This document shows positions 26,689 to 39,401 of a stretch of DNA of 64,000 nt, piece after piece. The notes beneath the pieces were generated by a model. That model was not told the origin of the DNA, did not search any database, and saw only the letters and a program-made list of their open reading frames with translations. The DNA is from Podarcis vaucheri (taxonomy: Eukaryota), in NCBI GenBank assembly GCA_965113315.1, contig OZ220365.1, one strand, 5' to 3'. How positions within the stretch are numbered: the stretch's first letter is position 1; every line of letters begins with the position of its first letter. Made by a program: the position numbers and the translations under genes.

Positions 26689-28047
26689 GTGTACCATATT
26701 GATCGTACCATAGCTACATTCAGTGCTAAAGCAGTGTAATCAGATGTAACAGACTATGATGTTTTGTAACCCCAGATCTCTGATGCAAATTACATATGAT
26801 TAATAATACACATTTAGGTTGTCACTTGAAATGTCAAAAATCAGTTATATTGCCCAAGTGTAAAACAGGGGATATGAGGGATTTTGAGCTCTGGCTAATT
26901 TGGGACCTCCTGGGCTGGGGTTTCATTGCGGGATTTTGGTGCTGCTATGGTATTAATTTTTTTGTATCTTTTAGATCTTTCAATTTACAATTATTCACTT
27001 TGGTTGTGTACTTTTTGATGTGGTTTATTGATTATTTATGACTAGTTTTTATTATGTTTGCAATCATGTTAATCTTTTCATGTTGTAAGCCACCTTGAAC
27101 TTGGATTTAACAACGGAAAGGTGGCATACAAATAAAATTATGTTGACTGTGATGATGATCAAACAGGAAGGTCTTATGTGTTCTCTATTCATAGGTCCAA
27201 CTTAACATCTTCTGCTTTAAAAATACCATAATGATCATGCCAGGAGATACTGTACTATATAAGATCAACTTTGTGCTATCTTAGCGATTCAGTGTGATGT
27301 AGCAGCCACAGTGCCAGATATTAATTGGAAAACCTGGGTTCAAGTCCTTGGCCAGCCACAATGCTCACTGGGCCAGTCACTAGGTATCAGCCTATCCTTC
27401 CTCATACAAAGCTTTATAGAAGTATAAGAAATCTTTGTGTGTGTGTGTGTGACATCCACTCAGTGAAGACTGAGCATGCTCATAGGGCATGGAGTGACTG
27501 ACTGTTGGGGTGTGGGTGAAAAGAACAGGAAGACGGGGGATGGAATGGAATATCCTGGAAGACAATAGAACAGGCTGTCTGGAACTTTGAACAGGAGCAA
27601 ACAACTGTTGGGAATTCCATTCCACCCTTTGCTGCAGACATAGTATTGTTACGTGTCACATGTCTGTTAACATTCCAGCACAGATTGCTGGCGTGAGCGG
27701 AACTTCTGCTCGGTATTGCTTTTGCTTTTTAGTCTCTCTCCGAGAAGACAGCAAGGAGAGATGCCACGATTTCTTTGTCCTGATTTATGTATAATAAATG
27801 CATAGTTTAGTATGTGTCTACAGCCTCAGGCCTCTTCTGTTGCACAGTTTACACTCCTGAGCCTGCAAGCTTGAGTCACTGATCACGTTGGAGCAGAGGT
27901 TGAGGGATCCTCAGCGGCAAGGCTGAAGGGAGACGCTCCAGCTGGGGCTGAGCCAGCTGGCCTTTCGACCCCCCGATTCTGACAATAACACCCTGCAACA
28001 TTTGGTTTCAGATCCCACAACCAACTCCAGTTTGTGTGTCCTAAACC

Positions 28048-28239
28048 CAGTGGGTTTTTTTGCTGGGGGGGTATGCAGGGGTACGCATACCCCTAAACAT
28101 TTTGTGAATCTTTGTACCTTTGTCCATTTACTATATTTATTTTTCCCAATTTGAACTATAAAATGGTGGTTTTCTTGAGTCAAAATGAGAGTACCCCAAA
28201 ACATTTTTATTTTACTTTTTTAGAAAAAAAAGAGCACTG
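28048..28239. mobile_element. hAT MITE, CAGTGCTTTTT family
   Basis: Short TIR; TSD CCTAAACC / CCTAAATC. Confidence 0.85.
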
Positions 28240-29293
28240 CCTAAATCCATTATAATCACAGGCCTGGAGACAAGTCATTCTGTTTGGCCCTTAGGAGTCA
28301 CAACTCTCTATCCACACCCCCTATTTCCAGCCCACCCTGCCTGGCTGCGCATCCTCCATTAGTGTCTTTGCCTTGGTGGAAGCCATCATTGAACTCTGAT
28401 GATGCCTCTTTCTTGCTTGCCTAGATGGAGAGGGGTGTCCATGTGTGTATGTAGAAACAAGCATCCTGTACGGGGTGGGTGGGGGATCACATTTGTTGCT
28501 CTGGCTACTTTTGCCTCTGGCCCCAACCCCATAGGCATAAGGCCCCCAGAAAGTTGCCCCCCAAAAGAGTGCTACCCTCGAGCTGAAAAATGGTTCCCTG
28601 CCCCTGCATTATAGGACTGACGTTTCACCAGAGGCATCCTTGGCAGAGCACACAATGGCAACTCATTGCATATATCAATACAGATAATTTAACTAATTCC
28701 ACTGAAGGATTTGTGTGTTTTTGTCTGTAGCAGTCTAATAACGTGCTACATTTCTCTCCCAAAATACCATGTCTTTCTTTTCTCCTTGCAAATGCAAGCA
28801 TCATGGATTGTTTGTTTTACTGTTTAAAACTGAGCGGAACATTATTCATCCCACGCAGATCAATGCTGGACAGGAGCTAAGCTGCATGTAAAATGTCTCC
28901 TCGTCGTTAGGATTTTGTTCTTGTTGACAGCTTGAGACATCCTTTGCTGCTTACCTACACAAGAAGGGAGCAGAAACTGCCAATCAGTTGCTGTTACCCA
29001 GAGGAGGGAATGGAAGGCTGCTGTTAACAATGTATTATACCTCTTAATTGACTTCATTTTCAACCAGCTAAGTTTCCACTTAGTTTCAAAGGCACACTGC
29101 AGTGATCCAAATGGAGCGGTACAAAGGAATGGGTGATAGTTTCCAGTTCACTGTTCCCTAAGACAGTCATAACCCACTTTGAGAACAGCGAATCAGTTCT
29201 TTTCAGTGGCCCTCAAGAGGGTCTGAGCATTCAGAAAAACAACTGTGACTCAAATGCACCAACTCTCTCTGCCACCTCTAACCAACCGAGATA

Positions 29294-29636
29294 CAGTGGT
29301 GCCTCGCAAGACGAAAAGAATCCGTTCTGTGATTCTCTTCGTCTAGCTGTTTTTTCGTCTTGCGAAGCAAGCCCATTGACGGATTAGCAGATTAGCGCTA
29401 TTAGCGGCTTTTAGCTGCTTTTAGTGGCTTATCTGCTGATCGGATCAGCTGATAAGCGGCTTAGCAGCTTAGAAAAAGGGGGGAGGGAAAAAACCCAGCA
29501 GGAACTCGCAAAACATTGTCGTCTTGTGAAGCAAGCCCATAGGAGATTTGTTTTGTGCAGCACCTCCAAAACGGAAAACCCTTTCGTCTAGCGGGTTTTC
29601 CGTCTTGCGAGGCATTCGTCTTGTGGGGCACCACTG
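29294..29636. mobile_element. Tc1/mariner MITE, CAGTGGTGCCTCGCAAGACG family
   Basis: TIRs and TA flanks; homologous (inverted) to 44135-44462; internal ttagc repeats. Confidence 0.9.
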
Positions 29637-29660
29637 TAACTGCTTCCATATCCTCTACTG

Positions 29661-30056
29661 CAGGGGTCCCCAAACTAAGGCCCACAAGCCGGATAAGGCC
29701 CGAGGAACTCGTTTATCTGGCCCACAGCGACCCCTGCCACCCGCTGCCGCTGCCCGCTCTTACCGGCGCTGCACTGTACGACTGCCCACTTCCGGGTTGG
29801 AGGAGCACTGGAAATAGCTTGTGCACGTGCGCAAGTGTTATTTGCACATGTGCAAGCGTTATTTCCGGTGCACATCCAGGTGGGAGGAGGCCCGTGCACA
29901 TGCGCACAAGCTATTTCCAGCGCTCCTCTGACCTGGAAGTGCGCCGGAAATAGTGTGTTCACACGTGTATGGGCACATGCTTCCCCACCCTCTGGCCTGC
30001 CGTGCTATCGGCGCTGGAAACACCGGTCCGAGGTGTGGTAAGTTTGCTGACCCCTG
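29661..30056. mobile_element. hAT (Charlie-like) non-autonomous element
   Basis: TIR CAGGGGTC..CAAACT / AGTTTG..GACCCCTG; TSD CTCTACTG / CTCTTCTG. Confidence 0.88.
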
Positions 30057-30325
30057 CTCTTCTGAGTCTACTCCAAGGGGGGGGGGAGTAATTAAGCTTG
30101 GGAAAGCAGTGGTGGCAAAGTAGCTAGAGGTGATCAAACCAGTCCATTTAAGATTCCCATTTTTCCAGTGTTATGTTCAATTCGCCACATCAGTTCATGG
30201 TTTGTCTGGTTTTAAAAAATGAAAATCCATTGGCATTTTAATGTGAGTTTTTCTTACACATTTTTGTATGCACTTTTGCTTAATATACACATCTTTGCAA
30301 AGCAACCTCCCCTAATATAAGGCAT

Positions 30326-30534
30326 NNNNNNNNNNNNNNNNNNNNNNNNNNNNNNNNNNNNNNNNNNNNNNNNNNNNNNNNNNNNNNNNNNNNNNNNNNN
30401 NNNNNNNNNNNNNNNNNNNNNNNNNNNNNNNNNNNNNNNNNNNNNNNNNNNNNNNNNNNNNNNNNNNNNNNNNNNNNNNNNNNNNNNNNNNNNNNNNNNN
30501 NNNNNNNNNNNNNNNNNNNNNNNNNNNNNNNNNN
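30326..30534. other. Assembly gap (209 N)
   Basis: Run of N. Confidence 1.
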
Positions 30535-31200
30535 CACATACAGATTGTTACAATAAAAAAGAATCACCACGCCAGTCCTTTCCTTAAAGAAAGCAGCCCC
30601 AATATAGAAGAAAATTCCAAACAGCTGACTGTGGCAAGCTGCTAATTCTGTAGGCTCACCCTATCTATACTTAAAAACAGGAAGAATAAAATTACAAGGT
30701 AATAAAATAATAATCCTAATAATCATAGAAAGCTTTTAAAAAAATGAACGACATGAAATATATTCCACAGTGGAAAACAAGGATCAGCTTTCTACCAAAC
30801 ATAACAAATATTCATGAATGTTGCCAAATAAACTCATATTTAGAATGTGCCACCCATGAGATTTTTTGGTCATATAAATCACAAATGGCCTCCAAGCAGA
30901 AACAAAGTCAGAGGGCTCCGCATCACTCCTGTTGGCATGTATTTTTGAGTCAGTTTTTCAGAAATGGCAACGGACATGGCTTTTTAAAATCATAGAGTAG
31001 TAGAATAACAAGATGCATTCTTCCACCCTCGAGAGATCACTAGACAAGCAGCAACCAACAGATACAAAATTAATTGCTGAGAAGTGAAGTCAGCATTGGC
31101 ACCATCAAAAATGTATAAGCTTAGCATCCACGGTGACCTGTATGCCAACAATAATACCAATCTGCAGTGCTTTTTTATAGGAAAAATGGTGCTGGTACTC

Positions 31201-32121
31201 ACCCAGAGACCTCCCCACTAAATAAAGACACATTTGACTCAAATTTTAGCATAATTTAGGCCACAACTTTATTGATTACAGAAAAGTGAGTGGTTGCATA
31301 GGCTCTGATTCGACTAGCTCCCTACACCCTTCCAGGTAGTGCTGACCCAGAGCTCTATCACAGGTCAGCCAAGGGTGAACACCTGAGGCAGGTGAGAAGC
31401 CCGGGAACAGACTCTGTTCACTCCCCAGATGCTCCCCTGGACTCAGGCACAGGCACAACCCCTTCTCAGGGGTTGACCAAACCAAGTTGAGTCCCTGGAT
31501 TCCTTTAACGCAGCCTTTCTCAACATGTGGGTCCCCAGATGTTGTTGAATTACAACTCCCATCACCACTAGCTAGCAAGGCCAGAGCTCAGGGATGACGG
31601 GAGTTGTAGTCCAACAACATCTGGGGACCCACAGGTTGAGAACTGCTGCTTTAACGGAATACCCTTCACATAGGGATGGTGAGACCATTCTCCCATCCCT
31701 ATCACATGAACCAGTGCCTATCCACAACCTTACAAGTTGTGACGAATTGCTACACGGCAGGCGAAACCCAAATGGCAACAGCCAATCAGCCAAGTGGGGA
31801 AAATTCCTGCTGTGCCCCTGTCCCAACGACAGACGGCACACGATGGCATAGCAAGGTCAATCACAAAATGCCCTAAAATTAGGCAGAGGTGGGCGGGTGT
31901 TCCGATGCACGAGCCGAAAGAGGAAGCTCTGGGACACGTGCATGGGTTTATATAGGTCCCTCAATCCATTTAGACTGCGCCCCATTGGCCAGATTGCACC
32001 CAGCAAAGAGGGATCTACCAATTGGGTGTTGTGGCTATCCAATAGACCCACCCACAACCAGGAGGTCAGTCTCCAGGTCTCACCGCAACACGTGCCCTCT
32101 TTTAAGGAGGTCACGATTTAC
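31201..32121 (-). mobile_element. Solo LTR (Gypsy/ERV-like)
   Basis: Starts TGTAAATCG on the minus strand; AATAAAGTTGTGGCC near its 3' end; homologous to 35597-36385. Confidence 0.8.
31511..31648. mobile_element. Palindromic hAT MITE inserted in the LTR
   Basis: TSD CTTTAACG at 31503-31510 and 31649-31656; empty site present in the sister LTR near 36050-36066. Confidence 0.93.
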
Positions 32122-35100
32122 AGTAAGTGTCACACTTTTAACATTGGGGGGTGCCGATACTGCATACCCTTGAGTACCCCCAGAAAAAAGCACTGCCAAT
32201 CTGTATTACCCCCTTCTTCCAGAACTTGTGTACATATTTACATTCCCACCACATATGCCAATATGTTCCTCGTACCTTACAACTCAGCTAGCATAAGGGG
32301 GAATCAGATCTTACAATAAGAGCTAGTGGGACTGGGGTTAAAAACCAATGGTGGAGGACCACCTTCAAAGAATTCTCCCTAATGTTAGCAGACATAGACC
32401 TAAAGGGCCGAGTGAACCAAATCTTAAGTCACTGAGAATCTTTGAGTTCACCTATTGGGTTCGTCTTCCACACTGATTTAAAAGTAGTAAGTAGACAGAT
32501 CTGGCATTGTGTATATAACACAAGGAGTATAACAAGGAGTATATATCACAGAGACCCTGATTTCCTGGGTGCTGGCTATGGTTAGATATTCATAAGGGTT
32601 CAGGGCTACACCATGCACCACAGGATCTCTGAAGATGATGCTAATCTGGTGGATACAATGCCTGAATCTTTCCAAGTGTTCCAAAAGTTGTGATTCTAGA
32701 AGTGGCACATTATTTTCATAACAGCCTCACAGGCGATGCAGTGCCACTTTGGAAAAAATAGTACATATTGATAATTTATCTTGAGCCCGAAATTGTGGTT
32801 AATAAGGAAATGGGATTAAGGGTGAGGATGTGGAGACTAGGCTGGAGGTGGAGGGGTCTGCACAGGCAAATGGTGCCAAAGCAGAGGAACACCTTTTTGT
32901 CTCTTTTTCCTCCATGGTGTAAAATAGCTTGGACTATGTACAATGAAATAATGAGGTGGGGAGAAGATGTGTCGAGACTGGCTGCGGCTTCCAGAGGCAA
33001 AATATTCCCCACTTCCCAAGGCGGTCTCCAAAATGGCTTCCAGTTTCTTATCCTGTGGTGTTTCTGTTTGAGTTATATACTATTCATGGTCAAAAGCTTA
33101 TTGCTTTTAAAAGGATGCTGTTTAGATTAGTAAGAGGCGGACACAGCTCTTGAGCTGAAGTACCCAGGATAAAAACAGCGCCTATACCAAAACAGATCCA
33201 AGGACAGTTGTAGAATGCATTGGGTGGATTGCATAGTGCTTCACTGTTATCGAGTGTTCTGATCTCATTGTCACACTTCCACTAAGGAGAGACTAGTGCT
33301 TGCCTTTCAAAACAGATCCAGATAGGAAGGCAGAGATGTACCAGGGGTTGGCTTGCAGCCCACAAAACCTGTCTTCAGAAAGTTGTCCATGTGCTTTGGC
33401 TGCAATCTGGAGAGCATGTGCCTTGCTGAGAGTAAGAAACTATCCTAGGTTTGAGGACTGCTGTATTTAATGACGTTCATAATAGTTTCAGTCTCATGTT
33501 CTTCATTTACACTTCCAGTGAGCAGGGGAAATGTCAACTTCTCTGAAATGCAATGAATGTTTTTATTTCTACAAAATGAAATACAGCTTGGCATTAGATA
33601 TAACGTGCATCTCTTATAATTAACACTGTTGTGATTCATTACACATATTCTTGATTCACAGTATGCTCTCACTCCCTGAGTAACAATTTGGTTTTCTCGC
33701 AGCCTGGGTGCTTGCAGGCACCTGGTTCTTCTACCAATGACAACATTAAACAGGAAGTGACTCAAATCCATATCAAGTAAGAGGATGAGAGCTATCTATA
33801 TGGAAATTGGCCAGTACCTATGTGAATTGTAGCTGTCTAGATCCCTGATGATCAGACTTGATACCTGCTAATTCCTCCATTTGAATATACCATTAGAAAG
33901 GCACATTGTCCATTAGTCATATGGCAATCTGCTGACTTAAAGAAGTCACATAAAAGAAGCCGCAAATCTATTTAGATTTGCTTATTGTTGTTATTTTAGA
34001 TACACACCCAAAACAAGACCTGTTAGACCAAAGAAAACACAAAACTCTAATTCTAATTAGTCTAATTATTCTGACCATATTTGTGAAGCATTAATAGGAG
34101 GCCATCGTCTGAGAACTGATGCATACATTGGAGACAAAGGCCTTCTGGGAGTCTGGACTACAATTTTCATTTTACGAGTGGAAGTAGTGGTTGCCTGGTT
34201 CAGTGCTCCCAAATACCAAATCGGAATTCAGGCAAACAGCACATCAGGGAGAAGGCTAAGCTACAACTTCCTTGACATACTCAGAGAGATTTGTTGGTAT
34301 TTTTGCTTTGTTATAATGATTTAAAAGACTAAAAGAATTCCCTGGATGCCTAGATCCAAGTTTGGGACAAGTACTCTCTTGGTGAGAGAGCCCCAGCACA
34401 CATTTAAAATCTCAAAACATGCAGCAAAGTAAAGTGTGGAAATATAGGCTATTGGATCTTTAAAATTAGATCTTTCCAAAGTTCTCCTCTCTTCCCTTCG
34501 CATAGAAAAAGAGAGTACGTTTGGTAAGTTAAAAATAGCTTACTTACAAACTCTTCAAAAGTCAGATTCATGTGCTTTTCCAGACAGCAGCAAGAAAACG
34601 TGGACAGATTAACTTAGTTTCAAAAAGTGGTACGGGCAATTCCCAATTTACATGGGGTTTACATTCCAAGGCACTGTGCATTTAAGTGAAACTGAGCATA
34701 ATTGAGCCACCACTGAAAAAGCCTGCATACACCTTGTTCTGCTCTGTTTCACCTCTTTTTGTGATGTTTTCATGACATTTTCGAGTCACTTCCAGGTTTG
34801 GCATAATGTGTACATGTGCCATCATGCACTTATCCGATGTGTCTAAACCAGTTGTTGCCTGTAAATGCTTCTAAATTAGGGAGGTTCTCCCGGACTGGAA
34901 ATGGGGGGGGGGATATATAATGTCCTGTCTCCAAAAATGAAACGGAGGTATGATTCCTGTCCATGAGAAAAGGAGACACTTGTAGGAGTGTGTGAGCTCA
35001 CATGGAACTCTTGATCATTGAATCAACACTGGGGCAATGGGACCAAATTTACATTGTTTATGCAACTGCCAAATCCACTTGGAGTTCAACTTTAACTGTA

Positions 35101-35596
35101 AAATATTTTCTGGGCCACAGTGTAGAACTTTTTATATTGATTCCCATGAATGTTGAAGGTGGGTATCTTCTTCCAAGTGATGTTATGATCTGTAATTAAC
35201 TTGCTCAAGAACAGAATGTCTGCTTCTAAAACAACGGCTCTCTGTTTAGATTGCAATTAAGAACACCACACAGCTACGGTGAAAAAGAAAGGCACACAGA
35301 CAGCTACTGTAATTGTTACAGATTACTCTAATTATAGTGTGCAAAAATAACTTTCTCAGCCCTCCCCCCTTCCCAATATCTCCTTCTCGCTTCCGTTCTC
35401 CATGGGGAATATGTTTTACTTTACTTTTTGCTGATGAGTGCTAAAAATATTTTGGAGGAGGAGAAAAAAATAGAAAAAATGTTTTTGCATTTGTGAATTC
35501 CAGGTGATTTTCTTAGCACCTAGTTGTCAAGCAAACTTAAGGTGTTCTGGTGTGAAGGGCTGCCTTGGTTGGATTGGCTGAGGACTTCATGACCAC

Positions 35597-36385
35597 TATA
35601 AATCGTGTCCTCCCTAAAAGAGGTTGAGGTTAGACCTGGAGACTGACCACCTGTGTTGTGGGTAGGTAAGATTGGATAGCCACAACACCTGATTGGTAGG
35701 TCCCTCAATGCTGGGTTCAATCTGGCCAATTGGGCACAGTCCAAATGGATTGAGGGACCTATATATACCCATGTACGTGACCCAGAGCTTCTCTTTCGGC
35801 TCGTGCATTCGGAACACCCACCCACCTCTCCCTACTTTTAGGGCATTGTGTGATTGACCTTGCTATGCCATCGTATGTCGTCTGTCATTGGGATAGGGGC
35901 ATGGCAGGAATTTCCCCACTTGGCTGATTGGCTGTGGCCATTTGGGTTTCCGCCTGCCGCGTAGCAAATCATCACAACTTGTAAGGTTGCGGATAGGCAC
36001 TGGTTCAAGTGATAGGGATGGGAGAGTGGTCGTGCCATCCCTATGTGAAGGGTATTCCGTTAAAGGAATCCAGGGACTCAACTGGTTTGATCAGCCCCCA
36101 AGAGGGGGTTGTGCCTGTGCCTGAGTCCAGGGGGGCATCTGGGAGGTGAACATAGTCTGTTCCCAGCTTTTCACCTACCCAGGTGTTCACCCTTGGCTGA
36201 CCTATGCTGGTGCCCTGGGTCAGCGCTACCTGCAAGGGTGCAGGGATCTAGTCAAACCAGAGCCTATGCAACCACTCACCTACTGTAATCAATAAAGTTG
36301 TGACCTAAATTCTGCCAATAACCAAAATTAAAATTTGAGTCAAGTGTGACTTTATTTAGGGGGGAGGTCTCTGGGTCTGAACACA
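35597..36385 (+). mobile_element. Solo LTR, same family as 31201-32121, opposite orientation
   Basis: Collinear similarity along its length; AATAAA near 36291; CA end. Confidence 0.82.
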
Positions 36386-36619
36386 CAACAAGCAGGCTGT
36401 CTTAAAACATCCCTGATCCAACAAATGTTGCAGGCAATACTTTGATCTGATGTTTGCTATAAGATAGATGAGCAGTGATCTGGTGGTGATGGAAGTGAAT
36501 GGAGAGATCACTCCCAAATAAAGTTTGTATTGCTTGTAGGAGTTTAGGAAGGTGAAAAGGTGGGGTTAGTAGTTGCATGGCTTGCAGAGGGGAAGCTCTG
36601 GGAATTAATGTATGTTTCT

Positions 36620-37015
36620 GAGTACAATTCAAAGTGTTGGTGCTGACCTTTAAAGCCCTAAACAGCCTCAGTCCAGTATACCCGAAGGAGCATCTCCACC
36701 CCCATTATTCTGCCCGGACACTGAGGTCCAGCTCCAAGGGCCTTCTGGCAGTTCCCTCACTGCGAGAAGCCAAGTTACAGGGAACCAGGCAGAGGGCCTT
36801 CTCAGTAGTGGCACCCACCCTGTGGAACACCCTCCCACCAGATGTCAAAGAGGAAAAACAACTACCAGACTTTTAGAAGACATCTGAAGGCAGCCCTGTT
36901 TAGGGAAGCTTCTAATGTTTGACAGACTATTGTATTTTAATATTTTGTTGGAAGCCACCCAGAGTGGCTGGGGAAACCCAGCCAGATGGGCGGGGTATAA
37001 ATAATAAGAATAAGA
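36620..37015 (+). mobile_element. L2-clade LINE 3' end
   Basis: QFKVLVLTFKALN...RTLRSSSKGLLAVPSLREAKLQGTRQRAFSVVAPTLWNTLP; AAT-rich tail. Confidence 0.88.
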
Positions 37016-38420
37016 ATATATTATTGTGTGGGAGGAGCAGAGGGGATTGGTGAGCAATGCTCAAGCCACAGGAAGAAGTTAGCCATACAACTACTGTTCA
37101 TTCACTTCTGGAACCATCCAGTTATTTACACAGTACTTGAAATATACCACTATTTGCTATATTATCTTTGAAGAGGATATGTGAAATCCCCATACATATG
37201 CTCATGGGCTGCAGCTCACCACAACTTCCTAATGTATGTTACACACAACTGCGGATTTGGAGATGTGAGTCTCCCCTTCATGCTCTGCATATTTGCCATG
37301 GCAAACACCAATAGGCCTTTATGTATTGTAAAGTGTGGAGCATCTCTTAGGCCAAGAGAATTCCTAATTGAGAATAGCATTGGCAGCCATGCTTGAACTA
37401 TCTGTTGATGCCATTAATACTTTAGGCCACATTCAGCTTGCTGAATAGCATTAACATTCCTACTAATCTCAAGTAGTATTTTTTCATCCTTCCACATACC
37501 AGACTGGGAGACCTCCTGGGAATATATGTGTTGCTGCAAGACATGATTCAGTTAATGATTCAGAATGTGGCATCCCTCCCTCTGAGTTGGTGTTACATTA
37601 GGGGGACACAGCTGTTAGAAATGATATCTTGATTTGAAGTACATAGAGTCACAAAGGATTCAAGTGCATGCCCCCTAATTCTCCTTTTCCTTTCTTTTTA
37701 AAACTGATATTTTAATGCAACCGTGTTCCAGGTCAATTACTTAATATTCAAAGTACCACATAGCAAGTTAGCAAACAAGTCCTTGTTTTTGTTCGTTTGT
37801 AACTAGGAAAATGTCCATCAGTTTGATGAACTGTACTAAGGAGGCTCTTAGTCCCAGGAGAGAAGGAGGAACCTCTGGGAATTCTTGATGCTGGTGGAGA
37901 CAAGGGATATATGAAGGCATCCTTTTCCATTCTGTATTCATCACGTGCAGTTTCTATTCTGCTGCAGTTCATATTCTACCCCAAACTACCGCTGTGGTGA
38001 AATTACATAAATATCTAAGTTACATTTTCTTTATGTTATCCCACCCCATTCGTTTCAGCGCAAAGCAAATGGGAGGAGGTACGGTAATCAGTTGTGTATT
38101 GTCTGCAGACTGAAAGCAACAACAACAGCAAATATGGATTGTTTTCACTGGATTGATTTATGTTCAGGGCGTGGGATGAAAAGTGAATACCGGCAATTTC
38201 CACTCTCAATTCTGTTTTCTTCAGAATTCTCCAACAATGTTATAGCTGCTAGGTAGCCTACAGATGGCAAAGGCAATTCTCGGAGGTGATCATATTGCAG
38301 AGTCAGTCCCAGGAAAAGAAAAAACCAAAGCAAAGGCAACAGCCTTCACTGTATAAAACCCTGTGAGCTCCAGACAACCAAGCAAAAGCAAAAAGCAGGA
38401 CTCCCACCATCAATAAGATG

Positions 38421-38580
38421 GTAAGGTAAAAGGTAAAGGACCCCAGGATGATTAAGTCCAGTCAAAGGCGACTGTGGGGTTGTGGCGCTCATCTCACTTT
38501 CAGGCCGAGGGAGCCGGCGTTTGTCCACAGACAGCTTTCCGGGTCATGTGGGCAGCATGACTAAACCACTTCTGGCACAA
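38421..38580 (-). mobile_element. Sauria SINE, 3' fragment
   Basis: aaggtaaaggacccc...ggcgctcatctc...ggccgagggagccggcg. Confidence 0.85.
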
Positions 38581-39175
38581 CCATTCTGGCTCCTCAGGTT
38601 GGGTCAGCCGACAGGGAAGCAGGTCATTCAGGGAGACAGATGCACTTCTGGGAAGTAAGGATGAATGGAGAACAAGACAAATAATAGCAGTTTAGAGCAG
38701 GGGTCTGCAAGGTTTACCTTGCCTGGGCTGGTTCACTTCAGCAAAAATCCCTCTGTGGGCTGGATCGCGTGTGTGTGTGCCTGGGCCCGTGATTTCCAGC
38801 ATCTGTGTCTGCGCAGATGCAATTTTCTGCATCTGCCCAGACGCGATTTCTGGTGCCTCGGATTTCTGGTTCGGGGGTGGCTCGTGGGCTGGTTAAACAA
38901 CCCCACTGCTGGTTTAGAGTCTCATCACCTACAAGGGCTGAAACATGTGATGCAAAGCTTGCCTGGAATTCCCAGGATCCTTGTTGAATTGTCCCAGTTC
39001 CTAGTCATACTGAATTTGGTCAACAATCAAATAATCAAATCAAAGGCCTTGTTTGTGGGTGCTTCCTGTAAGCATCTTGTTGGTCATGGTAAGAATAAGG
39101 TGGATCTTTAGCACGATCAAGCAGGGCTTTTCTTATTAGTTTGAAGTGCTAAAACAAGCACAGTCAGAACATGTA

Positions 39176-39401
39176 CAGTGGTACCTCAGGTTACATACGC
39201 TTCAGGTTACACACTCCGCTAACCCAGAAATAGTGCTTCAGGGTAAGTACTTTGCTTCAGGATAAGAACAGAAATCGGGCTCCTGCGGCGTGGCGGCGGC
39301 AGGAGGCCCCATTAGCTAAAGTGGTGCTTCAGGTTAAGAACAGTTTCAGGTTAAGAACGGACCTCCGTAACAAATTAAGTACTTAACCTGAGGTACCACT
39401 G
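39176..39401. mobile_element. Tigger-like MITE
   Basis: TA|CAGTGGTACCTCAGG...CCTGAGGTACCACTG|TA. Confidence 0.92.

Larger units (their letters stand above)
31165..32195. mobile_element. hAT MITE (CAGTGCTTTTT family) split by an LTR
   Basis: Left arm 31165-31200, right arm 32122-32195; TSD CCAATCTG at 31157-31164 and 32196-32203. Confidence 0.88.
30540..33150 (-). mobile_element. Old L1-clade LINE ORF2 3' region, interrupted by nested insertions at 31165-32195
   Basis: Reverse complement gives RENSLKVVLHHWFLTP...C*LSCKVRGTYWHMWWECKYVHKFW (about 32220-32400) continuing as ILYLLVAACLVISRGWKN (about 31020-31080). Confidence 0.75.

Noticed and set aside
30280-30570. Poly-X ORFs
   Set aside because: Artefact of the N gap.
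31201-36385. Full-length provirus between two LTRs
   Set aside because: The LTRs are inverted and the interval holds L1 and unique DNA, with no gag or pol.
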